This document shows, one piece after another, positions 20,656 to 29,677 of a DNA stretch of 64,000 nucleotides. Both the position numbers and the translations under genes were made by a program. The stretch spans positions 24,363-88,362 of the forward strand of contig JANQHR010000052.1 in NCBI GenBank assembly GCA_028282585.1, read 5' to 3'. The notes below the pieces were generated by a model. The model ran no database searches. It was not told the DNA's origin and saw nothing but the letters and a program-made list of their open reading frames with translations. Each line of letters starts with the position of its first letter. Positions within the stretch are counted from its first letter, which is position 1. The stretch is from Bacteroidales bacterium. GTDB lineage: Bacteria; Bacteroidota; Bacteroidia; Bacteroidales; UBA12077.

Positions 20656-20994
20656 ATGTTAATACACGAATCGAACAACGGAATTGAGATATTAAAGTTT
20701 GATAATGTAAGTAAATTAAATATCTTAATTGCTCAGTCTTTAAAAGAAGAGGTTGCTCAATATTTAACAAAGGCAAATACAAAACTTGTTCTTGACCTAG
20801 CGGGTATTGAATATGTTGACAGTTCTGGTTTTGGCGCTTTGTTATCCATTTTAAGAAATGCAAAAAATAACGATAGTCAGTTTAAAATTTGCAGTATTTC
20901 TCCCGACGTTATGGAATTAGTTAAATTACTTCAATTGCATAATGTATTTGATATTTGTGATAATGTGGAAAAGTGCATGAAATCATTTGAATAA
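20656..20994 (+). CDS. STAS-domain anti-sigma-factor antagonist
   Basis: DLAGIEYVDSSGFGALL is the SpoIIAA-type DSSG phospho-serine motif. Length is 112 aa. Confidence 0.8.
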   Translation: MLIHESNNGIEILKFDNVSKLNILIAQSLKEEVAQYLTKANTKLVLDLAGIEYVDSSGFGALLSILRNAKNNDSQFKICSISPDVMELVKLLQLHNVFDICDNVEKCMKSFE

Positions 20995-21002
20995 AATATA
21001 AA

Positions 21003-21025
21003 ACCGGCATTTGCCGGTTTTTTGT
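21003..21025 (+). terminator. rho-independent terminator
   Basis: accggca-tt-tgccggt hairpin followed by TTTTT. Confidence 0.75.
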
Positions 21026-21156
21026 TTATATACTCTTGTCCTTTTTAATTCTCTTTTTATCTTTCATTTAAATCTGGTTATTTTTGATTCTTAGGCTATT
21101 TTAAACGTTGTCTTAGCTAAAAATTAAGTAGCTTTAAACGATTAAATGACTCCAAT

Positions 21157-21954
21157 ATGAACTACTTTCAACTAAAAATGGAAATTACAAATGAAGCTGA
21201 TGGTATATATACTTTGCTAATTTCTGATAAATGTTCTGAAAGTAGAATAAAATTCTCACCTAAAACAAAAGACATTCAATACCTTGATAATTTGAAACTT
21301 ACACAATTTATTAAATTAAGAGAGTTCCAACTAAGAAAACTCTTACATAACAAAAAGCATGATTCGTTTTTCATTGGATTTAAGTTGAAATTTGTTTTAC
21401 ACGATGGTTTACCTGATACTAATTATTATGATAAAACTAAAATTACTATACTAAATAATCTGGGAAATAAATTTATTGTAAAGAAAACAGATAAAAAAAC
21501 TCAAAACATTCCAGAACTATACACAGACGGATCATTTAATCATCAGACTAAACTAGGTGGATATGCAATTTTAATAAAGTCAGTTGAAAATAAATATCAT
21601 TTAAACCAGGTAAAAATAAAAAATAAGGATAATAACTTAGTTGAACTTTTAGCAGTAATCGAAGGCTTAAAATATTTAATAGATGAAATTAAAGTAAGGG
21701 TTATTACTGATAGTCAATACGTAATAAAAGGTATTACTGAATGGCTGCCTTTATGGAAAATAAATGATTTTTATACAGCCAATGGAACAAAAGCAAAAAA
21801 TATAAGTGAATGGAAAGAAATAGATCAACTGATACAAAGTAAATATTTGGAATTTGAATGGGTAAAATCACATTCTGACCATTTTGAAAACACAATTTGT
21901 GATATGAAAGCCAAATCAACACATAAAACTAAAACAGATGAAAAAAATCAATAA
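21157..21954 (+). CDS. RNase HI domain protein with about 120-aa N-terminal extension
   Basis: The C-terminal 140 aa carry the DEDD set: YTDGS, ELLAVIEGL, ITDSQYV, and HSDHFENTICDMKA. Confidence 0.7.
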   Translation: MNYFQLKMEITNEADGIYTLLISDKCSESRIKFSPKTKDIQYLDNLKLTQFIKLREFQLRKLLHNKKHDSFFIGFKLKFVLHDGLPDTNYYDKTKITILNNLGNKFIVKKTDKKTQNIPELYTDGSFNHQTKLGGYAILIKSVENKYHLNQVKIKNKDNNLVELLAVIEGLKYLIDEIKVRVITDSQYVIKGITEWLPLWKINDFYTANGTKAKNISEWKEIDQLIQSKYLEFEWVKSHSDHFENTICDMKAKSTHKTKTDEKNQ

Positions 21955-22507
21955 AAAACCAACTCCTTTAATCTACCCTGTTCCTGCAGCCATGGTAAGC
22001 TGTGGGTCAAATCCTGAAGAATATAATATAATAACTATCGCTTGGACCGGAACCGTAAATTCAATTCCGCCAATGTGTTACGTTTCCATAAGAAAAGACA
22101 GATATTCGCATTCAATAATTGAAAAAAATCGGGAATTCGTAATAAATTACTCTACCAAGAATCTGGTAAGAGCAGCTGATTTTTGTGGAAGAATGTCAGG
22201 AAGAGATTTTGATAAATTCAAGGAAATGAATCTAACGCCTAAAAAAGGTGAGATTGTATCAGTTCCAATTATTGAAGAATCTCCCGTTAATATAGAATGT
22301 AAAGTTACAGAAATTAAAGAATTGGGATCACATGACATGTTTTTGGCAGAAGTTGTAAATATTCAGGTTTCAGAAGATTACATTGATAGTTCAAATGGCA
22401 CAGTGAGTATGCGACATAAAGAATTAATGGCCTATTCGCACGGTAAATATGTTCAATTAGGCGAGATTTTAGAACAGGCTGGATTCTCAATTAAAAAGAA
22501 TAAATAA
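21938..22507 (+). CDS. flavin reductase-like (FMN-binding split-barrel) protein
   Basis: NIITIAWTGTVNSIPPM and overall similarity to flavin reductase-like domain proteins. It overlaps the upstream gene by 17 nt. Confidence 0.7.
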   Translation: MKKINKKPTPLIYPVPAAMVSCGSNPEEYNIITIAWTGTVNSIPPMCYVSIRKDRYSHSIIEKNREFVINYSTKNLVRAADFCGRMSGRDFDKFKEMNLTPKKGEIVSVPIIEESPVNIECKVTEIKELGSHDMFLAEVVNIQVSEDYIDSSNGTVSMRHKELMAYSHGKYVQLGEILEQAGFSIKKNK

Positions 22508-22551
22508 ATCTGCTATTTTTGTTATACTTTTAAAAACCGGACTTTAATTTA

Positions 22552-24906
22552 ATGAGACAAAAGATATTTTTATTTGTTTCTTTATTCATTATTCATACAA
22601 TTTCTGTGTATACTCAGGAAAATATGAATCAAACACTTCGAGGTATTGTTGTTGATCAAGAAACCCAAATACCTCTCTCAGGAGTCAATATTGTATTAAC
22701 TGAATCAGATCCACAACAGGGAACAATAAGTAATGAAAACGGTTATTTCCGTTTTGAAAATGTTAATATTGGAAGACACACTATACAGGCTAGTTACATT
22801 GGCTACAAAACTCAAATTATAGATAACCTAACAGTTAGTTCTGCAAAAGAAAAAATTGTTAAAATTGAATTGGAAGAATCTGTAACGAAACTTGATGAGG
22901 TAGTTATAAAAGCTTCGATACAAAAAGACAAGCCAATGAATAAAATGGCCATTACTAGCGCCCGCTCTTTTACAATTGATGAAACGAACCGATATCCGGG
23001 CAGTTACGGTGATCCAGCTAGAATGGCCGCTAATTATGCAGGAGTAATGTCTGTGCGTGATAACAGAAATGATATCATTATTCGTGGAAATTCGTCCACA
23101 GGTTTGTTATGGAGGTTAGATGGAGTTGAAATTCCTAATCCAAACCATTTTGCAGCTTCAGGTACAACCGGCGGACCAATTACAATTCTGAATAATAACC
23201 TATTAACCAATTCCGATTTTATGACCGGGGCATTTCCTGCCGAATATGGAAACGCACTGGCCGGTGTTTTCGATTTAAAAATGCGAAACGGCAATAATGA
23301 AAAACGGGAACATTGGATGGAATTTGGTTATAATGGTTTGGAATTTGGAACTGAAGGACCTATTTCGAAAAAATCAAACTCTTCTTATTTAATTACCTAT
23401 AGATACTCTTTAGTTGATATTATTGATCTTTTAGGTGCCGAAGTTGAAACAACCAAATACCAGGATTTAACATTTAAGTTGAACTTTCCAATGAAAAAAG
23501 GTCGTTTGAGCTTTATTGGAATGGGAGGAACCAGCTATATTGAAATGTTTGATTCAAACGATGCGCAAGAAGACTGGTCATTTGAAAGTTGGGGAGAAGA
23601 TTTAAGTAATGGATCAAATATAGGGTCTCTTGCACTTTCTTATGTTCATTTTTTTGGAACAAAAACAAGATTGCAAAACGCTTTATCTTTGTATGGATCT
23701 GAAGTTACAACTCAAATTGATACTTTTTATAATGATCCAAACTTGATTGGAAACTGGGCAGGTGAGGAATCTTCCGAAGTAAAGGCAAGTTTTACATCGA
23801 GCCTAAATACCAAAATTAACAACAAAAATACTTTTAATTCTGGTATAAAATTCGACCGATACTTTGTTAATTTTGCAGATAGTAGCATTGATAATGGATT
23901 GTTTATTGTTAATACCGAAGTTAAAAATGAACAATTTAATCTATATCAGGCTTATGCTCAATTCAAACACAAATTTACAAATTACATTGATTTATATGCC
24001 GGTGTTAACTTTCAGTACCTGGATTTAAACAATTCATATTCGATTGAGCCAAGGCTTGGTTTCAATTGGGTAATTAATCCCCGAAACTCCTTTAAATTGG
24101 GTTATGGTTTACATAGCCAAACACAACTAAGGGTAATTTATTTCACCCAAACCCAATTACCTGATGGTTCTTATACTTATTCGAACAAAAACCTTGATTT
24201 TACGAAAAGCCATCAATTTGTAATGGGTTATGACCATTCCTTCAGTGATAATCTAAGGCTTAAACTTGAAACATATTTGCAATATTTGTATGATGTGCCA
24301 GTAAAAGAAAGCCAGCCGGAATACTCAGTTTTAAACTTTGGGGCAGAATATTTTATTGAACGTGTAGATAGTTTAGTCAATGAGGGAACAGGAAAGAATT
24401 ATGGAATAGAGTTAACCTTAGAGCGATTTCTAAATAATAATTTTTACTTTTTAATTACAGGATCACTATATGAATCAACTTACAAAGGTTATGATGGTGT
24501 AAGAAGAAATACAGCATTTAATGGTAACTTTGCCATCAATGTTTTAGGAGGCTATGAAATTCCGTTAAAAAGATATAATGCGTTTATAATTGGATTAAGA
24601 ACAACTTATGCAGGCGGAAGGCCGTATGTTCCATATGATGTGCAAGAAACTGTTGTTCAAAAGAAAGAAGTTCTTGATTGGGATAATGCATATGAAATTC
24701 AACAAGATGATTACTTCAGAATTAATTTACGATTAGGTATTAAGCGAAATAAGCCAAAATTTAATGTTGAAATATCAATGGATTTGCAGTACAGGACAAA
24801 CTATACAAGTGTTTATGAACATCGAATTGATCCATTGACAGGTGAAGTATACCATAACTATGAAATGGCATTATACCCCATGGCGAATTATAGAATTCAA
24901 TTTTAA
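22552..24906 (+). CDS. TonB-dependent receptor with CarboxypepD_reg-like N-domain
   Basis: Signal peptide, then LRGIVVDQETQIPLSGVNIVL (CarboxypepD_reg) and a plug-like region. The long beta-barrel ends in a terminal aromatic residue (YRIQF). Confidence 0.8.
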   Translation: MRQKIFLFVSLFIIHTISVYTQENMNQTLRGIVVDQETQIPLSGVNIVLTESDPQQGTISNENGYFRFENVNIGRHTIQASYIGYKTQIIDNLTVSSAKEKIVKIELEESVTKLDEVVIKASIQKDKPMNKMAITSARSFTIDETNRYPGSYGDPARMAANYAGVMSVRDNRNDIIIRGNSSTGLLWRLDGVEIPNPNHFAASGTTGGPITILNNNLLTNSDFMTGAFPAEYGNALAGVFDLKMRNGNNEKREHWMEFGYNGLEFGTEGPISKKSNSSYLITYRYSLVDIIDLLGAEVETTKYQDLTFKLNFPMKKGRLSFIGMGGTSYIEMFDSNDAQEDWSFESWGEDLSNGSNIGSLALSYVHFFGTKTRLQNALSLYGSEVTTQIDTFYNDPNLIGNWAGEESSEVKASFTSSLNTKINNKNTFNSGIKFDRYFVNFADSSIDNGLFIVNTEVKNEQFNLYQAYAQFKHKFTNYIDLYAGVNFQYLDLNNSYSIEPRLGFNWVINPRNSFKLGYGLHSQTQLRVIYFTQTQLPDGSYTYSNKNLDFTKSHQFVMGYDHSFSDNLRLKLETYLQYLYDVPVKESQPEYSVLNFGAEYFIERVDSLVNEGTGKNYGIELTLERFLNNNFYFLITGSLYESTYKGYDGVRRNTAFNGNFAINVLGGYEIPLKRYNAFIIGLRTTYAGGRPYVPYDVQETVVQKKEVLDWDNAYEIQQDDYFRINLRLGIKRNKPKFNVEISMDLQYRTNYTSVYEHRIDPLTGEVYHNYEMALYPMANYRIQF

Positions 24907-24954
24907 CAAAAAAAGGATTGTTTTGTTATCTTCGCAGGTATCCAAACATAGATA

Positions 24955-26295
24955 ATGAAAATACTTTTAATAAATACTCCCCGGTCACCACATAATAAGA
25001 TACTGGAATCTGCTCCGACAGAAGCAAAAAAGTTTATTCATAAAAAATTAATAGGGCCACCTCTTGGATTGATGACTGTTGCTGAAGCTGTTAAGGACTA
25101 CGATGTTGTGTTTTTTGAAACCAAGGGGGAGTATGATTTATACCCGGATACAACTCCTCTGCTTGACCAACTAGTTTTAGATTTGCTAAATAAACATAAA
25201 CCGGATATGGTTGGAACAACCACCATTGCTTCGGAATTTTATTATGCTATTGATATCTTTAAAACCGTTAAAACTTTTGATCCTGAAATTTTAACAGTTG
25301 CCGGGGGATTACATACAAGTTTATCACCAAATGATTTTACAGATCCTTGCGTTGATTTAATACTCCCAGGACAATCGGCTCATATTTTTAGAGAAGTTGT
25401 TGAAGCAAAGGAAAAAAACGAAGGTTTTGAAAATATACCAGGAATCATCATAAATAAGAACGGGAAGTTGCATAAAACTAAAACCAGAACACATCATTTC
25501 AATTCAGCAAAAAATGATTTTTTAATGCCAGACAGAAAATTAGTTGAACCATGGAGGAATAGCTATTTTGTGGGCAATGCCCCCCACCCTTCCACCTATT
25601 TATTTACCTCACTGGGATGCCCTTATAAATGTACATTTTGTTCTATATGGTGCCAGTATCAAGGTAAATATTTACAACGTGATGTAGAAAGTATTATTGC
25701 TGAATTAAAAGAAATCGACTATGAAATAGTTCGATTTGCAGATGCAAATACGATCGTTGATGAAAATTTGATTGATCATCTTTTCGACCGCATTGAACAA
25801 GAAGGAATTAAGAAAACATACATTATGGATATCAGAACTGATACAGCAGTAAATAATCCTAAACTTATTGAAAAACTGGCTAAAAATGGGTTAAAAGTTG
25901 TAATCTGTGGGTTTGAATCATTCCGTGAGGAAGAATTGAAAAAATACAATAAAAGTTCTGAGGCTAAACTTATACACCAGGCCATAGATATCTTTCATCA
26001 AAACGATATTATGTTGCGGGGGAACTATGTTATTCCAAACGATTATAACGAATCGGATTTTGAAGCTTTATCTGAATATACCAACTCCCACAGAGTTACC
26101 TACGCAGGTTACACAATACTTACCCCTATGCCTGGAACTCCTTTCTACAATGAAATTAAAGGCCAGATAATTGATTTCGACCTTTCAAAATACAATTTTT
26201 TTAATAGTGTATTAAAAACTAAACTGCCTTTAGAAAAATTTTATGAAAATGTGGGTAAACTTTGGTTAATCAAAAAAGGGACTGACGTAATTTAG
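24955..26295 (+). CDS. B12-binding-domain radical SAM protein
   Basis: CPYKCTFCSIW (CxxxCxxC) preceded by a Rossmann-like B12-binding N-domain. Confidence 0.8.
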   Translation: MKILLINTPRSPHNKILESAPTEAKKFIHKKLIGPPLGLMTVAEAVKDYDVVFFETKGEYDLYPDTTPLLDQLVLDLLNKHKPDMVGTTTIASEFYYAIDIFKTVKTFDPEILTVAGGLHTSLSPNDFTDPCVDLILPGQSAHIFREVVEAKEKNEGFENIPGIIINKNGKLHKTKTRTHHFNSAKNDFLMPDRKLVEPWRNSYFVGNAPHPSTYLFTSLGCPYKCTFCSIWCQYQGKYLQRDVESIIAELKEIDYEIVRFADANTIVDENLIDHLFDRIEQEGIKKTYIMDIRTDTAVNNPKLIEKLAKNGLKVVICGFESFREEELKKYNKSSEAKLIHQAIDIFHQNDIMLRGNYVIPNDYNESDFEALSEYTNSHRVTYAGYTILTPMPGTPFYNEIKGQIIDFDLSKYNFFNSVLKTKLPLEKFYENVGKLWLIKKGTDVI

Positions 26296-26421
26296 AAAAC
26301 CTATTGATAGGTAAATTGAAGTCATTATTAACTCTTTATTAGATCAATTTCATTAAAATTTAATCTATAATCTTTATTTTTTTAGTAAATTAGCTAATCA
26401 CTAAAAATCTGGAGGTTTATT

Positions 26422-26799
26422 ATGAAACAAAAATTCACAATTACAGGAATTATAACGATTTTTACTATTTTACTTTTCTCTACGGGTGCCTTTGCAAACA
26501 AAACTTCAGTTACCATTGTTGCTCCTGAAAAAGCGGAAAAAGGTAGTGAAATTACTGTAAAAATAGAAGTTAAACACATGGGTAACACTAAAGGGCATCA
26601 CACTGATTGGGTATGGTTAAAAGTTAATGGTGAAGAAGTTAAAAGATGGGAGTATTCAAAAGCCGACTTGCCTGAAAGCCAAAATTTTACTTTAGAATAC
26701 AAAGTTAAAGCAGATTCAAATCTTGAAATTATAGCAGAAGGAAACTGTAACAAACACGGTTCTAAAGGCACTGACAAAGTTACTGTTAAAGTTGATTAA
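26422..26799 (+). CDS. secreted desulfoferrodoxin/SOR-like domain protein
   Basis: Signal peptide (..FSTGAFA). HMGNTKGHH and CNKHG resemble the His/His and Cys-x2-His iron ligands of neelaredoxin-type SOR. The first His ligand was not found. Confidence 0.45.
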   Translation: MKQKFTITGIITIFTILLFSTGAFANKTSVTIVAPEKAEKGSEITVKIEVKHMGNTKGHHTDWVWLKVNGEEVKRWEYSKADLPESQNFTLEYKVKADSNLEIIAEGNCNKHGSKGTDKVTVKVD

Positions 26800-26810
26800 A
26801 ATAACAAACC

Positions 26811-26993
26811 ATGTTTGGGATTGATATTATTCTATGGCTTGGAGTAATAAATTTATTCCTTGTGTTATTCCAGTTGTTAAGTGGATTAAGAGTATTGAAA
26901 GTAAAATATAAAACCCATAAAAGAATGGGAATTTTACTTTTCTTTACTGCTTTTATTCATGGGATTTATGCTATTGTAAGTTACTATATTTAA
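26811..26993 (+). CDS. small two-helix membrane protein
   Basis: 60 aa with two hydrophobic helices, each near a His (KTHKR, FIHG). It starts 11 nt after the SOR-like gene. Confidence 0.35.
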   Translation: MFGIDIILWLGVINLFLVLFQLLSGLRVLKVKYKTHKRMGILLFFTAFIHGIYAIVSYYI

Positions 26994-27022
26994 TTTATAA
27001 CCAACTATTTAAATATTAAATT

Positions 27023-27634
27023 ATGAAAATTTTAAAAACTGTTTTTGTTGCTCTTATTATTTTTGGGGCAATTACTGTTCAAGCACAAAAAATTAAAGTT
27101 ACGCAGGGAAGTTTAGACTTTTTAAAAGGGCAAACTGCAGTATTACTTGAGTACGACTATAGCAATATGGCTGTTGGTAAATTTGATAAGGAAGAAGATT
27201 ATATTGCTAAAAAAGTAGCTGAATATAATGAAAAAGAAGCCGGAAAAGGAGACATTTGGAAACAAAGTTGGTTTAGTGACCGGGAAGAAAGGTTTCATCC
27301 TATGTTTGAGAAACTTTTAACTGAATATACTAAGGGTACCGGATGTAAATTTTCTCAAAATTCTACGGCTGATTATAAGTTAATTTTGCGAACAACTTTT
27401 ACCGAACCTGGTTGGAACATTGGAGTTTCCAGAAGAGATGCTATGATTAATGTTGAAATTCAGTTTGTAGAAACTGCAAATCCGGAAAGCGTTTTAGCTG
27501 TAATGACTATGGATAAAATCCCTGGTCGTGGTGCAATGGGTAATGATTATGATACTGGTTACAGAATTTCTGAAGCATATGCTAAATGCGGAAAATCGTT
27601 AGGTGATTACCTAAGCAAAAAAGTTTTTAAATAG
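27023..27634 (+). CDS. hypothetical secreted protein
   Basis: Signal peptide (VFVALIIFGAITVQA). No motif recognised. Confidence 0.45.
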   Translation: MKILKTVFVALIIFGAITVQAQKIKVTQGSLDFLKGQTAVLLEYDYSNMAVGKFDKEEDYIAKKVAEYNEKEAGKGDIWKQSWFSDREERFHPMFEKLLTEYTKGTGCKFSQNSTADYKLILRTTFTEPGWNIGVSRRDAMINVEIQFVETANPESVLAVMTMDKIPGRGAMGNDYDTGYRISEAYAKCGKSLGDYLSKKVFK

Positions 27635-27655
27635 AAAGGTTGAATATTTTTAAGA

Positions 27656-27686
27656 GTAAGGAATCTTAATAAGATTCCTTACTTTT
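27656..27686. terminator. bidirectional rho-independent terminator
   Basis: A 12-bp perfect stem, gtaaggaatctt-aat-aagattccttac, then TTTT. It lies between convergent genes and marks the left edge of the cluster. Confidence 0.75.
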
Positions 27687-28578
27687 ATATTTTATACGCT
27701 GATCTTAACTTGTAATCTCCCTTTATAAACCTGGAAATTTTCTTCAAGTCTTTTCCTGCACCACATTCATACATATCATTTACACCTAATTCAACTAATT
27801 TCTGCATGGTTTTATGCCAGCTTATCTTTTCAGTTAAATTAAAAACCAGCTCTTGTTTAATATCTTCTGCGGAAAATATTAAACGTTGATTATAAGTTGA
27901 AACTATAGGAACTTGTGGGTCATCAAATTCCAGTTTATTTAAAACGGTTTTAAAAGGAATAGCAAACCTTGAAAGGTATTTGGAATGGTAAGGTGTATCT
28001 ACTGTCAATTCTGCTGCTGTTAAGGCACCTTCCTCCTTTGACTTTTCCAATAAGATATTGATTTCCTTTTTCAAACCTGCAACAACCAAAGAATGCTCAT
28101 TATTAACATTGATAATTTCAACTGATAAAGAGCTGGTTTGTATTAGTTCCTGCACATCTAAATAAGGCAAGCCAATAATAGCTCCCATTCCATATAATCC
28201 TGTTTTTGTTAGCTCATATAATAAATGATAGGCATCAAAAATTAATTTAGCTCCGGTTTCAAATTTTATGGATTTTGAAGAATAAAGAGATGCGTAAACA
28301 CCCATGCTATATCCGGCCACAAAATCAGGAATAATACTTTTTTGCTTTAATACATCATAGTAAGTACAACTAAATGTATAAGCTAATAATTGAGAAGTTA
28401 ATTCTTCTCGAAACAAATCATTTTTATAAGTAAAATCAGGAAAGTCAATATTGATAGTTTCCGAAATTATTTTTAAGTATTTCGTAGGGTTTAAACCATT
28501 ATTTCTTAGAAAATCAATTTCTTTTCCTGTAAACTCCGTTATAAAAGCTGGAAAAATAAATGCCGTTTTGTTTTCCAT
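27685..28578 (-). CDS. FabD-like ACP S-malonyl/acyl-transferase
   Basis: Nucleophile elbow GYSMGVYASL (GxSxG), FPAF/G-rich N-terminus, 297 aa. Confidence 0.75.
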   Translation of the reverse strand: MENKTAFIFPAFITEFTGKEIDFLRNNGLNPTKYLKIISETINIDFPDFTYKNDLFREELTSQLLAYTFSCTYYDVLKQKSIIPDFVAGYSMGVYASLYSSKSIKFETGAKLIFDAYHLLYELTKTGLYGMGAIIGLPYLDVQELIQTSSLSVEIINVNNEHSLVVAGLKKEINILLEKSKEEGALTAAELTVDTPYHSKYLSRFAIPFKTVLNKLEFDDPQVPIVSTYNQRLIFSAEDIKQELVFNLTEKISWHKTMQKLVELGVNDMYECGAGKDLKKISRFIKGDYKLRSAYKI

Positions 28579-28581
28579 CTT

Positions 28582-28953
28582 TTACGTTTTTACTAAAACT
28601 ACCTTAAAAACTGCGTATACATCATTTGATTGTAAACTTGCAACTATTTTGTTAATTCCAAATTCAGACAAAATATTTTTAACAAGTTCAGATTTAATAA
28701 TCTTGAAATTTCTTTTATCAGTGAATATAACCTCTATATCCTTATAATCAACATCATTACTACTTAAAGCTTTATAAAAAGCTTCTTTAAAACAAAAGCC
28801 TTTTAAAAAGGCCTCCTTTCCGAAATATGAATAATTTTCAATTTCTTTTGCAGTAAAGATATCATATAATAAATCTGATAACTTTCCTTTTTCAAAGTAG
28901 TGCTTACTAAAACGATCTACTTCCTCTATATCAATACCACAACCGTGAATCAT
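28582..28953 (-). CDS. AcpS-type 4'-phosphopantetheinyl transferase
   Basis: MIHGCGIDIEEVDRF start motif and the later FCFKEAFYKA. Length is 123 aa. Confidence 0.75.
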   Translation of the reverse strand: MIHGCGIDIEEVDRFSKHYFEKGKLSDLLYDIFTAKEIENYSYFGKEAFLKGFCFKEAFYKALSSNDVDYKDIEVIFTDKRNFKIIKSELVKNILSEFGINKIVASLQSNDVYAVFKVVLVKT

Positions 28954-28967
28954 CAGAACAGTGTACT

Positions 28968-29270
28968 CTAAAGATCTAAGATATTGTTTTCGTGTTCAAT
29001 AATAAGCATTTGCATATCTATTAACTCGCCGATAGTTTTTACAGGGTTTTTCACTGCATATTTACCAATAGTCTTCAATTCGATATTTAAGCTATATTTC
29101 TTTTTAAATATTTCTATTAACTCAAGAAACATCAATGAATCTCCATCCAAGTCGCCAATAATATTCGATTTCTCTGATATCTCACTTACCTCAACTTCAC
29201 ATTCCTCAGCAAAAAATTCCAACACGATCTCTTTTACTTCACTCCTGGTACTTTCTGTAATTTGGGCCAT
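28968..29270 (-). CDS. acyl carrier protein
   Basis: GDLDGDSLMFLELIE contains the DSL phosphopantetheine serine motif. Length is 100 aa. Confidence 0.7.
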   Translation of the reverse strand: MAQITESTRSEVKEIVLEFFAEECEVEVSEISEKSNIIGDLDGDSLMFLELIEIFKKKYSLNIELKTIGKYAVKNPVKTIGELIDMQMLIIEHENNILDL

Positions 29271-29278
29271 ATATATTG

Positions 29279-29677
29279 TTATTCTGTTATTAACTTATTA
29301 ACTTCTTCTTTTGTAAGTTCTTGCCATTGTGGATTATCAAATTTTCCTTCGGTTATATCAAAACGTACCCTGAAAAAAGATTCGTGGTTAAAAGATAATT
29401 TGGTCTTTTTATCGGGTGTATGTTCGATATAAATTAATTGGTTGTAATTAACCTCATATTTATCGCAAATCTGCTTTGCCAATTTTGTATTCCACTCTGT
29501 AATTGATGTTCCCGGGTTTTCTTCAAATAAATCCGTTGCAATTACAATGGTTTGGTTTGTTTTTTTTACGATTTTTAGCCCACAAATTGAAGGCACATCC
29601 CACAATCCTTTAAAATGATAAATTTGGTCTTGATAATTATCTACTTTAGGTTTCATTTTAAAACAATTATTAAGCAA
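29279..29677 (-). CDS. hypothetical protein
   Basis: 132-aa ORF overlapping the upstream rSAM gene by 8 nt, consistent with translational coupling. No motif recognised. Confidence 0.4.
   Translation of the reverse strand: MLNNCFKMKPKVDNYQDQIYHFKGLWDVPSICGLKIVKKTNQTIVIATDLFEENPGTSITEWNTKLAKQICDKYEVNYNQLIYIEHTPDKKTKLSFNHESFFRVRFDITEGKFDNPQWQELTKEEVNKLITE

Noticed and set aside
22508-22551. Cobalamin riboswitch ahead of the TonB-dependent receptor, or ahead of the B12-rSAM gene (24907-24954).
   Set aside because: Both leaders are under 50 nt, far too short for a roughly 200-nt cobalamin riboswitch.
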